Below are positions 35,834-49,100 of a DNA stretch of 64,000 bases, piece by piece. Location of the stretch: assembly GCF_902459465.1 (NCBI RefSeq), contig NC_047062.1, positions 18,662,001 to 18,726,000 on the forward strand. Direction: 5' to 3'. The translations under genes were made by a program, and so were the position numbers. The notes beneath the pieces are model-generated. The model did not search any database. It saw only the letters and a list, made by a program, of their open reading frames with translations, and was not told the DNA's origin. This DNA comes from Asterias rubens. Lineage: Eukaryota. The stretch's first letter is position 1; each line of letters opens with the position of its first letter.

Positions 35834-38800
35834 ATGGCGCTGTCCATAAAAGCAGTCTGTCTCGGCGTAAGATCAACACAACAGTCATTATTTCTTCTCC
35901 AGAAAGCTTTTAATGTACAAGCATTACAGAAAGTGAGTATATCGACATGTTGATCCTCAATATAATCATTCAAATCAAAATACTAGTCATGTAGAAGTAA
36001 ACTTTGTCCCTTTTTGCCATTTTATATTTTTTACAAAAACACGGCGAACTTTCTAACTAAGTTGGTAATTCTACTTCTGAATAGTGATAGCGCCCTCTTT
36101 TGAAACATCCTCCTCTCTCCGGAGGCGGACAGATTTATTTTTATTATCTAAATTTACTCAACAAATGAGTTATTTCCTTTTGCTTTGGTAAAAATCATTA
36201 TACTCTGGTCTGGAAACGGACATAATTGTCTTTCCTAACTACCCCTTCTTCTACTTAGGGACTATTTTTCTAGTTCTAATTCTAATTTAACTTATCCCTT
36301 AACTTATTTCTAGTCTACTCTAAAACTAATAATATTAAGTCTACTCTGCAGTGTATGCCAGAGTAACTTCTACTAGTACTAGAAACTATGCTATATATAG
36401 GTGTGTTCGTTGCCTGGGGCTCACCCCACGGCCCGGTCAGCCCTAAGTGCCCTGCTTGTGTAACGGGTCACTTGGGATTGGCCCGAGCTTAATGTTTACC
36501 CGAGGTGCATGACATTGTTCGATTAGCTCTTGTCAGGGGGTCACCCGAATGAGTATCGCAGGGTCCGCACAGGGAAGCTAATCGAATGCACCTATAATAA
36601 GGATCGCCCATGAGCCTTAATATTAAAGCCCTTATTTCAAAGGGGTCTACGATTTGGGCTGCCTTTACACTATGTTGTCAAAATCGTTGATGGTACTGAT
36701 AAGTGAACATTTTACGGTCGTTTGTCATCTATCAATAACGAAACTTAAGTTCCCTATATTGTACTACACAACCAAAACTCTCCACATACTTAGTATAGAT
36801 TCATAATGCTCGCTTTGCCTTATTGTTGAGTTATAGTAAAAAACATCTTCCACTAAAAGGGGGCATTACAAGGTGGTGCGGCAGTGCATGCTCGCCGTTC
36901 AGCATTGCCTTGTAACACCCCTGTCACAAAATAGTTAGTTCAACTCGTCCGCGGCTTGAGGGGGTTCGTCGATCCACTAGGTTGATTCCTGTGGGTAAAG
37001 CGTTGAACATATTGAGAATCCAAAAACATGCGATGCGACAGAAAAAACAAGTTGGTACTGAGTAGAAATTGCATTTTTTAAGAACGTTTATTGTTTTTAC
37101 TCAACAAAAAGGCAATGCAAGCATTACGAATAAATATACATTATGTATATTGAGTGTGTGGGGAAAGTTGACACTGAAGTTTATTGTTGGCAAACAACTG
37201 TAAAATGTTCACCTATTAACAACGTAGAGCATTTTTGAGCGCTAAGAAGGCCAAAAAATGTTTGACAATCTCTTGTAAAAACAAATGTAAAGTCACTCAA
37301 AAATACATTTGTGTAAAACAAAAAAGCAAGTATAACAAGTGGCACAGTGAGCTTGATCGCATCACATTTTGTTCACTTCTAGTCCTATTTATGTTCCAGG
37401 CCAGGGTTTTTGATTTTTTTTAGAGGGGCAAGGCTATTTCATTTTGCAGGGCACTTCCATTTGGAAAATCAAAGTCTATGGGAAACCTCTGATGAAGCAC
37501 CAAGACCATGGCCTGCATGGCCTTTGTGTAATTCCAGGCTTGATATTCAGAATAAATTGAATGATCTAACTCATACAGTTCATCTTGTCCGCAGAGTCAA
37601 TGTGTCTGCTCAACACAGACGGCTAGAAGTCTTTCAACCAGCTGTCGAAGACTAGACAGTTTCCCTCCTAGTTTCTACCACAGAAAAGACACTATAGATG
37701 AATCACAGCCTAAGACTGGCTTCATTGAATCTAAAGAAGATTTCAAATTTGTGGAGAGGTTGATTCCATCGCTAGAGCCTCCAACCCCACCTGTTCATGA
37801 GAAGTACCCAACGCCTTCAGGCTGGTCTCCTGCTAAAGGTTAGCAATAATAATAGGATGCAGTTCTAATAAACAGCAGGGCTTGAGTTTGACACTGGAAC
37901 ACAGGCCTGAGGCCAGTGATTTCAGTGTCGGGGCCACGTTCAATCTGTTGTTTTGGGTTTTTTTTCCAACTCGACATTCTGTGTCTCAAAAGAATGATGT
38001 TCAAATGTCGAGTTGGAGTCTCACAAATATTTGTTAATAAATCCTAGTCCAGTAAAGATTATGAGCTACAAGTCCTGCGGTCTCGTGAATTTTCTCTCAA
38101 AATTAGAGCTCTGTATATTGCTGTTTGCAACAGCTAGATACAATGAAAAAGTTGGAAATGTGAATTCAAGTCATGACCTTTGTACTGTGATTTTTTTGGT
38201 TTTGCATTGATCATGTCAAATCTTCTAACTTTTTTTGGCCGCTCTGGTCTCTAAAGGATTAAATGAATTGTTAGTATAAATAACTCTACTATTCATTTCT
38301 AACTCTGCTTATTTAGGAGCTGTGCTAGGAACACCATACAGCATACGGAGAACAAGATACCATAGTGTACCAGTCTACATGGAATTAAAATACGGTGAAA
38401 ATCAGCAACTTACAGTAATCAAGAATGTTGAAGGAGATATTTGGGTGAGCTTTTTTACTGTGAATGAATTTCTAGACATATGTTATTATTTGGAGTGCAT
38501 ATTCAGCTTTCAATTTCATTTAAGAAGAAATGATGTTAGGGTTTCCCCCTGCCACCTTTTGATTCTGGACTTCCGAGATTAAAAATTACCAGAATGAAAT
38601 GTTACATTTGATATGCTTTAATGTTGTAATTTCAATATTTGAAACAAATTACGTTATCTGATTTTTATTTGGTGAACACAACCTCTACCCAAATAGTCAA
38701 ACAGAAGGATAAAGGCCCTCTAAACCCCAAATAAATTATATTAATCCAAACATTAATTTACACATGAAATTACTGTCTTATTTGGCAATTGCCCTCCCCC

Positions 38801-39126
38801 CTTGAAATATTGGAGCACATGAAAGTGTACCTATTTTTGTCTCTGCCAGAAATACATAAATGTTATTATTACTATATGTAATGTATTCTTTTTCACTTTC
38901 AGGTGTTTTCATGTGTTTTGTATACACGGTGTTCTTATTATTATTGGTTTTTCTTTTCACTTATTTTAATTGTTTAAAGGCTTTTGGGAATGACCTAAAG
39001 GAACATCTCGAGGCCAAAGAGGGTCGCCCCATACCCATGAGGGTCAACGAGGTCACACAACAGGTCAAGTTCAAGGGAATGTATCGAGAAGCAGTTAAGA
39101 CATGGATGGCCAACAAGGGCTTTTGA
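35834..39126 (+). CDS. MRPL49: Mitochondrial large ribosomal subunit protein mL49, 4 exons, 205 aa
   Basis: Exons 35834-35932, 37595-37838, 38317-38444, 38980-39126 total 618 nt and are in phase. Motifs: FIESKEDFKFVERLIP...KYPTPSGWSP, PYSIRRTRYHSVPVY, LTVIKNVEGDIW, VNEVTQQVKFKG...WMANKGF*. The Arg/Ser-rich N-terminus resembles a mitochondrial presequence. Confidence 0.95.
36399..36593. mobile_element. Harbinger-like MITE in MRPL49 intron 1
   Basis: AGGTGTGTTCGTT ... AATCGAATGCACCT imperfect TIRs in a TA-rich target. Confidence 0.5.
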
Positions 39127-39748
39127 TACCAAATCTGTCCCCAAGACAAAACTGACGTTGAAACTACTCATGTGGACTCTGATAAGTTATGATATAGTGA
39201 TAGCAGTTTTACATACAACTTTAACCTACTTTGTTCCTTTTGAGAAAATATGCCAGACTTGATTGCTTTTCAACAATTTCAGAAGTGAAAATGTGAGTGG
39301 AAAAGTTCTATTCAAGTCTTTTAATTTTTTGATATGGATAAAATTGTCAGATAATGTTCCTTCACAGAATATACAATGTTTGTGCTTTTATCCAAAGTCA
39401 GGGCTTGATTTCTGGGGGAAAATCCACAAGGCCTCAGGATTGTAGCTCAGAATCTTTACGGGACTGGGATTTCATTTAAAAGACAAGAGTCAAAATGAAA
39501 AGAACCTAGAATCAAAATACGAACTTGATTTTATTTTGTAAACAGTTTCAGTTGAACAAAATACTCAAAGAATATTGATCTCTTGTGTATTATCGGTGAT
39601 ACTCACCAGTATTGAACGATTTTTGTGAGACTCAAAACACAACGTTTAAACATCAATCTTTTGAGATACAGGTGTTGAATTGAAACAAGACCACTGGACT
39701 TTCAGGTCTTGAACCTGCGGTCTCGTGTAAAGTTTGATCCCTGCAAAG

Positions 39749-39876
39749 TAGTCTTGGTGCAAGACGTTTCTCGTTTTCCTTTCACGCACACCGCAGCCAA
39801 TTCACGGACAGCGCCCGCACCGACTCACCTGACTTAGTCCACTCACTGCCCCGAGAAACGTCTTGCACCAAGACTA
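39749..39876. mobile_element. 128-bp MITE with TAG..CTA termini and a 9-bp TSD (AcademH-like, inferred)
   Basis: Perfect 25-bp TIR TAGTCTTGGTGCAAGACGTTTCTCG, with CCTGCAAAG duplicated at 39740-39748 and 39877-39885. Confidence 0.75.
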
Positions 39877-42800
39877 CCTGCAAAGCTGTGTTTAGATGAT
39901 TTGTTAGAGAGTACCATTTGCATTTTAATTGTATTTATATTGGAAGGACCATAAACGGTGTGAATGCTGTAGTTAAACAAAATCTGTATTAAAAAGCCTT
40001 GAGATATATAAAAGTACCTACAAATCATTGACAACCTTTTTGTGTGAAATGAATTCCAATGAATTGCTTACTTAGGGCATACAGAATAATCTATGTTTAC
40101 AGCTTCGACAGCTTCTTTCAGGATGGTCTGTGCTGTTTTGTCGTCATCGGTAAATCTTGTTTTGATAGTCCACCTCGTTACAATGGTAGATAGAAACAAA
40201 TTTTGCAAAGTTTTCTGTTATTGGCAATTTTCTCTTTTTTTTCGTGGGTCAACTGACAAAGGTTCTGATACTATTTCTGATTATATAGTCCTTAAAAGGT
40301 TGCAGAAAGCCCTTCCATTTTTCCAGCTTGGATCGCCAAACCTACAAAAAGACTTTACTTTTAACCATTTTTTTAAGGATAAAAGTTCAAACTTTTTAGC
40401 TACACACAAAATGGCTGAGTCCATTATCAGAATACTGGAATCCACAATCAGGCTTTGATCTTATCGTATCTAAAAAATATTGTCTGTCAGGCCAGTTTGT
40501 GCTTGCACATGGATAGGGCAGATATAATGGAAAGTTTGTTGACATGAAGTACCTACTACGCCCATCATGTGATTTACCCCCAAGTTTTGTGTGCCATAAA
40601 AAGTCAATACCGTAGTATATATCATATGCACACAAAAACATCTGCAAAGTACCCCGTACAAAAAGTGTGTTTCATATTCAGAAGGTTTTCCATTGTTTCT
40701 AATTTCCACAAAATGAATGCCATGAAATGTAAGTTTTCCAATTTGATTATTATTGACCTCTAGCTCTTAAACAAAAGAAAACATTTTAGTTGTTCTAGAA
40801 AATTACAAACATGCCTAATGCCATGAAATGTGAATGACCTGAGCTTCACAATCAGCTGAGATTGGTTTTGAGTCCTCTGCACATTTTGCAGGTATCGGTA
40901 CTAAATATATTAAGGTGATATGAGCATTTGACCATGCAATTGTGCTGTTAGTTTATTTTTATTAATAAATTGTAAGTATAACATTGGATAAAAGACCTCC
41001 ATATGGTTGGACTGTAATAGCCGGGTTCACTCGTGTAAGTTCTGCTACCGGTACATAATGCCAGCTGCATTCAACCTTAGTTGAACTTTCAACCTTGGTT
41101 CAACCATACTTGTATAACAAGTCTAGTTGTTTGCCCAATGAATCCGGGTCTAGTTTCAATGACAGACAGACACACGTGGTGTTTACTGATCGATATATTC
41201 TTTGTCTCAAGTCCAATTTTGACATCATAGGCTCTCATCACTGTGTATAGGCCTACTGGGTATGACAGTTTCAAACCGCTAGCAAGTGTAGATCACACAG
41301 TAACATGGTTCTCTCTTCTAAATAATGCAACAAAAAGCAGACTCGAGTCATGTTCACTCCATTACTTTTCACTAAATATCATCATCTTACTGTGCAGAAA
41401 TTTCCTCAGGGTGAAAAACTTGCACTCAGGTTGAGGTGCAACCAGGCAGGTGCAGACTAAACTCAATGCACTAAAACAGAAGTTTGTGCAAGTAAAGCAG
41501 TTTTATAGGCCTACTTTGTGTGGGGATGGGGGTTAGATGAAGGTGACATTGCTTAGTCTGTTCTTGAATACATCTAGGGTCTGAACAACAACTTGCTTTA
41601 GCTTGGGCATTGAACTGCACTTCTGTTTTTAATTGTTTACATACAGGCAAGCTTCAGTATGTACTGACTTAATGCTTTTATATTTGTAATAGGCAAAGTG
41701 GCAACAGTTTATTTAGCTCTTTTATTAATAAAACACTAGTACCGCAGCCAAGAACCATTCTTTGACCATTATGTAGTTGGACCATTGTAGATATAAATCT
41801 TGTTTTCTTGTTCAGTGTTTTATAATAGTTGAACCATGGTTGAACCATTGAGGAATAATGGTAGAACAACCATTACAATATTATCTGATGAACAAAAAAC
41901 TCCTAAATTTAGAATAACCAGAATAAACTGGATTTTCCTGGGACAAAACTAGTCTTGTTGCAACAGTTAACCCGATTGCGGTCCTGCACAACAATGGATC
42001 ATAGCGTTTGCTTTTTGTGAATGATTGACAGACCGCATGTATGCCACAAACACACATGGCCTTGATTACTTTATACGTGTTTGTCTTGAACTAAACGTCG
42101 TACATCATTTCTGTGCTGAAAGTTAACAGCGCACCCGACTATTTTAAATAGTACGTCATTCATTCAATTCCTTATGTACACATAACTGGAGCGGTCATTC
42201 GTAGTTGTTGTGTTGTCGGGATTTATCTCGTTATATAAGAAGAGCTCTAAAAAATTAAGTAAACAAATACACACCTCCATCACACCACACAACCAGTGTT
42301 CATTTAACAGCTGGCAGTCAGTTCTCAATTATTAAATACAGCTAGCTACGAAGTGCTACTCAAAATAAAGACTTCGAAACATACACCGTGCCGTGACCGT
42401 GTGGTGAGAAATTCAGTGACAATTCTACCTGGGTTGGACTTCTGAAAAAGGTAATAACTACTTTGTTCAATTATTCTCCAGTTAAAACTGTTAAAAAGTC
42501 TTTGAAAGGCCCACTTATTGCTCAACCTTTCCAGTTAATGTTTTCTCTCGGTCACATTCATAGTTTTAAGTCATAACAAAAAATCATACTTGTGCATGTT
42601 CATGATCTTTGATTGAAGAAATTATACTTTTATAGAAGGCTAAAAAATGATAAGAATAGTAATTGTAATGTACTACATGTGTTGTTTTTAACTGTCTCTA
42701 CTGCACATAGAACGACCAAGTTAAATGTTATTGTTAGTTTTTAGTATGGTAAGTTCGTTCCGCCGTGATGACGATGGTGGAACGAACCTCATAGTGGGCG

Positions 42801-43115
42801 GGGGTGGGGGGCTAGAATGTCAGACAGTCGAGTGTCTGAGAAGTCGACAATTAGTTATTGACTGTTAATGCGAATGTCTTGCAGTTTAACGGATCAGACC
42901 ATCAAGCTTTCTGAACGGAAGACCTGTGTCTTTTGGTCTTAACTTAACAGACAACCTGTCTCTGAATGACCTAAGGAAGGGAGTCTACTCGGTAAACTGT
43001 CAACGGAGCTTTTTTTATATCTGCAATAGCTCTGTCATTCTATCAACAAAACTATTAGATTGTGACACAAAACTTCTGATCTCAATTCTTGTGCCGTATA
43101 TGTCAACAATACTAA

Positions 43116-43238
43116 TTAGACCCAGTTACTGGGGCGCTGTACTCCTTTTTTTTCGAAATTTTTCAGTAGCGGTCATAGATATGACAAATTTCGAGGACAA
43201 AAGGAGTACAGCAGCCAGGTAGGTCTAACTGGGTCTAA
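43116..43238. mobile_element. Small foldback MITE
   Basis: TTAGACCCAGTTA...GCTGTACTCCTTTT...TCGAAATTT / AAATTTCGA...AAAAGGAGTACAGC...TAACTGGGTCTAA. Confidence 0.65.
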
Positions 43239-44499
43239 ATATTAATATTTTATTCTTGGGAAAGCTGGCCAGTATTTTATCATGTAGAAAGGACTGTTTT
43301 CATAATCCTCATTGGAGATTAAATCCTCCCTGGGAGTCCTAGGTAAGCAACTAATGATACTTGATGCATTGACATTATGTGGTACCTGGGCATAGACCAT
43401 AGAGAATGATTAGAGCACTTGCATTTTGGTATTTGGGCTGTTTGTTTACAATTTGGTATTCAGTAAAGGATTACGCAGTAACTGCCAAGATAAAATTAAG
43501 CATCCCCCTTTTAACAACTGTACAAAACTGTGTGCTGTATGATTGAACAGTGACATGGCATATCGCCTCGGTGCTATAAAAGTTTTTATGTTGACTTTTT
43601 GTATAATCAAAATGTCTTATTAGGAAAGTGTTTTTCTCTCAGGGAATGTCTCTGTCTTTGTTGTTATTAAATAAACCCATATTTATACCATAGCTGTGTG
43701 TGTAAAGTATAAAATTTCAAGATGGAATGGTTACTCTGATAGTGACTCTAACCATGGAGACCAGATTTCATCAAGTCCCAGTGTATCACTATTTTTTTTA
43801 AGGCATAAGATTTCTCAGGGTTTTTTTCTTCTGATTTTAGGATTTTCTCAAATTCTCCTACAGCTTCAAATTTTCCTGAAAGAAGTATATAAAGCAATCG
43901 TCACCAATGGGAGGAAGGTTCACATTGTCCAAACCTGTAGCTTTTGATGTACAGAGTCTTTAAAAGATCCTAAGTTGTAACATCTGATATGGTGTTCTGT
44001 AGGTTCTGGGTCTAGAATAAGGGGAAACCCAGGCCAGTTAAGCCGTTTTCTGGAATGTTCACGCTATTTGAACCCCATTCTTGATTAAAAGGGAAGTAAA
44101 TCCGGGTTTTTATTCTTACTTGAGCAGAGAACCAAACCAATGGAATGAATTGTGTTGTGTTAATTGTCTCACTTTGTGGTTTGTCTGTTCTGTATGCGTT
44201 GACTCTATTGTGGTTATTTTCTGTATGGGCACTCCAAACACAAGCTTTGCTTACTTGGCTGTGCCCCCAATTCCTAAAATTCTTGGATTACTTTGTTTAC
44301 ATTGTATTTTTGATTAAAGGGAATTTGGAAAATAAATGTTGTTGAACTGAATTTAATTAAATGCATTGATCTGTTCCCCCGCAAGTACAACAAAAATAGT
44401 ATTTTTTCTTTGTTGTCCTTTTTTATCAGCTAATTTAAGTAACATTTAAATTGAAACTCCTGTGCAGTTAGTTAGTTCACAAATTAATTCGCATGATCA

Positions 44500-45230
44500 T
44501 TCTACCCACAGGAACCATCATGACAACCTCCCCAGAAAAGAGCGTGACGCTCTTAAGACTCTACGAGCACGGAAAGACGTCATCATCAAGCCAGCCGAAA
44601 AGGGCTCTGCTGTTGTCATGGGCCACCAGCAAGCCATGAGACAACTCAATAACTAAACTAGCTATAAACCCCTTGACACTGATCCAACAGGAACCTTCTC
44701 AACATTAACACTGGACAAAATGCATGACCGTGACAACCTCTCCGAGAAAGCCCACAAGTTTCTCTCCCTGGTTGCCTGTAGAACAGCCAGATTTTACCTC
44801 CTTCCCAAGGTACACAAACCAGACAACCCAGGGAGACCCATCATATCTGGCAATGGTTCCCCCACTGAGAACATTTCTCTTTTTGTTAACAGTTTTTCCA
44901 AGCCGTAAATGTCGCAGATTCCATCATATATTCATGACTTCCTCTGCAAATTTCAGGTATTCAGGAGCAGGTCCCAAACACAGCTATCATCAATACATTT
45001 GATGTGTCCTCCAACATTCCCCAAGATGAAGGAGTTGCTGCCTGCTCTTCAGCTCTGGCTAAGAGTGGTCACACGTCACTGCCCATTTCTGACATTGTGT
45101 CCCTCATGCAACATGTTCCAACTAAAAACAACTTTTCCTTCATGGGTTAGAACTTCCTGAAGGTACATTACATGGCACTGTATGGCACCATTAATGGACA
45201 TGTCTTTTTGTGAGCAAACTTGAACAGTGC
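44500..45230 (+). mobile_element. Decayed Penelope-like (PLE) reverse transcriptase fragment
   Basis: NLPRKERDALKTLRARKDVIIKPAEKGSAVV, RFYLLPKVHKPDNPGRPIISGNGSPTENISLFV, IPSYI and FDVSS..NIPQDEG are PLE-RT motifs (KPADKG, LPKIHK..PGRPIVS), broken by frameshifts and stops. Confidence 0.88.
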
Positions 45231-45411
45231 ATGTTGGCGTTTGTCTTTGCCTTCTCCTTTTCCCACAGATGTCCCCCTTCACTAATTAATTACTTTTTCT
45301 CCCTCTTCCCACCCTTGATATTGTCATTTGTGTTTCTATCTTCATGTTCAAACCAGCCCCCTTCCCTCCACCCCTTCCCCTTTTGTCTGTTGTCTCCCTA
45401 TTAATTGTTAA

Positions 45412-45794
45412 AGGAACACGTTGCCTCGGATCAATCGAGTTGGTTTTTTGAAAAAAACGTTTGTAACCATTTGTTATCAATATGGTTAGACAGATGTTGT
45501 AAAAGTTGAATACAATGATTCACACAAACATGCCTCAAAATTGCACGGTTTTCCTTTTGCATCGTCGGATAACACGGTCGGCCATTTATGGGAGTCAAAT
45601 TTTTGACTCCCATAAATGGCCGACCGTGTTAGTTGTCAAAGTAAAAGGAAAACCACGCAATTTCGAGGCAAATTTGTGTGGATCATTGTATTCTACTTTT
45701 ACAACATCTTTCTAACCATCCTATGCATTTTATAACAAACGGTTACAAATGCTTTTTATAGACCAACTCGTCTGATCCAAGGCAACGTGTTCTT
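45412..45794. mobile_element. Kolobok-like TTAA-flanked foldback MITE, family C
   Basis: TTAA|AGGAACACGTTGCC ... GGCAACGTGTTCTT|TTAA, with imperfect inverted arms extending well over 100 bp. Confidence 0.8.
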
Positions 45795-46103
45795 TTAACC
45801 TCTCCCTTTTTTCTGTGTGCTTTCTGACTCTCTTTCTCTCTCTCTCTCTATTCATGTACTGGGTATTTCCACTTCACTGCTAACATGCCTATGCTGCCCT
45901 GGTATATTCATGTTTGTTGCATGCATTTATACCATAGGTCCTTTTGGTTGGCAAGCAGTTAGCAACAGCTAATCCTATTTTCTCATTTAAATTTCTCCTA
46001 CAAGTCGGATTTAAAGTCAAATCATTTAGAGTTGATTGCTTTACGTTTTCTCATTCTGATGCTTAGATTGTACCAGTGTGATTTTTGACACAGCAATAGC
46101 AAA

Positions 46104-49100
46104 ATGGTGGACAGCATTTACCGTACCCGTTCCCTTGGTGTAGCAGCTCAGGGTATACCGGATCAATATGCCGATGGCAAAGCAGCTAAGGTGTGGGAAT
46201 ACTACATCGGCAGTCGCACAGAGAGAACAGAGAACTACCGCCACTTTCTAGTTGATCTCCTTCAGGCCAGGAAATGTCATGAAGTGCTTGATGCGGCATG
46301 TGGAACTGGGTAAGGAACACTACTAGTGAAAACAAACATTGATAACATCCATTTAGTGGCTGTTATCCATTTAGTGGTTGTTAGCAAAGTCTCTATGAAG
46401 TGCTTAAATATTTGGCAGTATCTACCAACTGAGCAATTTCCCTCAGTTGGTAGAGCACCGGCACGTTTATCCGGAGGTCCTTGGTGCAAATCTTGCTCTA
46501 GTCAAGTTGTCTTTGTTTAGTCCCCAATTATTTATGTAGCCCCTTTTCAAAACCACACCTTCGGCTTTGGATTCGGCTCAGGTGAGCTTGGTCCTGCGGT
46601 TGTTTTGTGACAATATTGCGCATGCTGTGCATACACGCTCAGGGTTTCAGACGAGAGAAAGGAGCCTGAAGCTGAATCCAAAGCCCAAGCCGTGGTTTCA
46701 AAAATTACCATGACATTAACACAAACTGTTGCACAAACCATAGGTATTCTTTTCCTTCAAGTTTCATAACTGGTGTTTTTAGTTATTCACAAGTTCCAAT
46801 TTTTACAGGTGTTCTGTGACTCCGAGGCAGCAGTGTACTTTAATTGAATTGTAGGCCTAAGACACACTTTTTTTCTAGGAGTAGGTCTTATAATTCAAAG
46901 GAGTTCCACATACCTTGCAGGAAAATACTGTATCTTGAAGCGCCTTGAGCGTCACTGAGTGACGGATATGAGTGCTAACAAGAAGCCAATATTACTATTT
47001 AGTTGCCATATCTAAATGAAATGTTGTGTGTTCGTATTCAGCATCGACTCTGTGATGCTTCTTGAGCAAGGATTCCATGTCATGAGCTGTGATGCCTCAG
47101 ATAAGATGATCCTACACGCATTCAGGGAGAGGTGGGCACGCCGCAAAGAAGAAATGTTTGATAGTTGGGGTAATGAAACTAATCTTATAATACCACTTGA
47201 ATAGTTGATATTGACTGTACTTGAGAGCATTTGGTACTTTATTTAATGCTAAAGGAAAGTGCAGAAGCACAACCTCGTTGTTGCCTCTTTCTCGAGCCCC
47301 TTGCATTCTCCCTTTTCATCCTACAGCCCTAAACTATACATTGGGAGTGCTCAACCCGATGTCACACCTTTCCAGATACCCCGATTATCAAGGGAGAGAT
47401 ACATGGACATATATTCCTAAAGATGTCTTGGATGGGCTGCTGAAGTCAAACACTTGTGTTCATGGGCAAGGCGCTCAACCAAAATTACTTCTCATCATAC
47501 AGGAGTAAATAATTATGGGTACCTGGGATTGTTGAGTGATAAATAATGTGTGTACCAATTTGGCTAATTGGTGCTGCATACTCACAAAGAGGGTTCCGGG
47601 GATGAGTGCTTTAGGCCATATGAACAGGTGTAGCAAAAGTGTGGGGCACATTGATACCAAGTGTCTAATCATTTCCTTTTAGTAGTTCTATTACAATGAT
47701 TCAAAATCCTTCATCGCAGGAGTGAAAAAATGCTCCTTTTTCACAAACAATTGAATTAGTTCAAAAAAGACTAATTTGAAACATCCGGCCTCTAAATAAC
47801 CCACAGCACCCACAGCAATTGCCGTGGTAACCTGTGTTTTTGCTGTGGTGCCCTCTGTAAGGTTCCAATACAAATAGCAGTGCCCCTTACTAGAGAAAAA
47901 TGGCTGTGGCCCTTCAAGAGGGAAGTTCAAAACCTGCAAACGTTTTTTGTTAAACTGTTGTCTTTTTATTTGTACAGAGATTGAAATTGCCAACTGGCTT
48001 ACTCTACCCGAGGATATTCCAAAGCCAGGGCCCGGTTACGATGCCATCGTCTGCCTGGGAAACTCTTTCGCTCATCTTCCTGACTTTGACGGCAAACAGG
48101 AGAATCACCGTCTCGCTCTGAGGAACTTCGCCAGCATGTTGAAACCTGGTGGAATACTGATCATTGATCACAGGAACTACGATGCTATTATAGACACTGG
48201 TAGAGCACCAGTACAGAATATTTATTATGTGGTAAGACTTGGAGTAGGCTGTTTTTTCTTTATTATGAAGTATTTTCTACTCTGCTGATCAGAAACACCA
48301 GAGCACCGAATTAAAACTCTGGTGTTTCTCTCATCAGTAGAGGGTGGGTTCGAATCCCCAGCCGTGACACTTGTGTCCTTAAGTCATTCATCCCATGTGT
48401 TGTGTAACGCGTGTAAAAGAACCCAGTGTACTTATAAAAAAGAAGGGGTTCGCCCCGATGTTCCTGATCTGATCGGCAGCAAATTGCGCCACAGCACATT
48501 GTAAAACATTATGTGGTGCTATCTAAGGATTAGGTCTCTAACTTTTCAGTGACTAGCCAGCAGCACCAGTTAGCTTGTCATGGTGCTGGTCTGACAGATT
48601 TTTCACTGGTCCGTATTTTGGGATTTCATTCACAACATTATTAGGCATGATGGGACCATGTGATTTTAAGCAATATGAACAATCTGTGGTTTTCGTGTGC
48701 GTGTAGCTGTGGCAAGTAATCAACTAGCCTGCAGGACTAGTTGTGACAGAATTATGACTCGCCTTGGGAGTTTTAACTGGCATTCAGCCAGCGAACCGCT
48801 GTTAAGGGGAACGCTGAGTGCTGGGCGCTGATTGAAGTTAAAACTTTACATTGAGGGCTAAGATATTTTACTATGGGTTATGTGGACATGTGGAGAATGA
48901 CTATTGTCCAAGACCCACCACCCAAAAAATGTATGCTGCCTTGGAATGTTAATCTGCTGAGATTATATGGATAAAAGTTAAATTTTTGAGCCCTGAAAAA
49001 TTTTCCACCCTGGAGGCTGAGCCTCATATCTGTGTGCTTACAAGATCGACATTGTGGGTGTATGCTAAGTAGGAACTGTACTGTGGGGTGTTTTGACATT

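Noticed and set aside
46430-46505. tRNA gene (A-box TCAGTTGGTAGAGC)
   Set aside because: The B-box is degenerate (GGTGCAAATC) and there is no acceptor stem; it is a tRNA-derived SINE head. The same applies to the tRNA-like pieces near 8690, 15950 and 59560.
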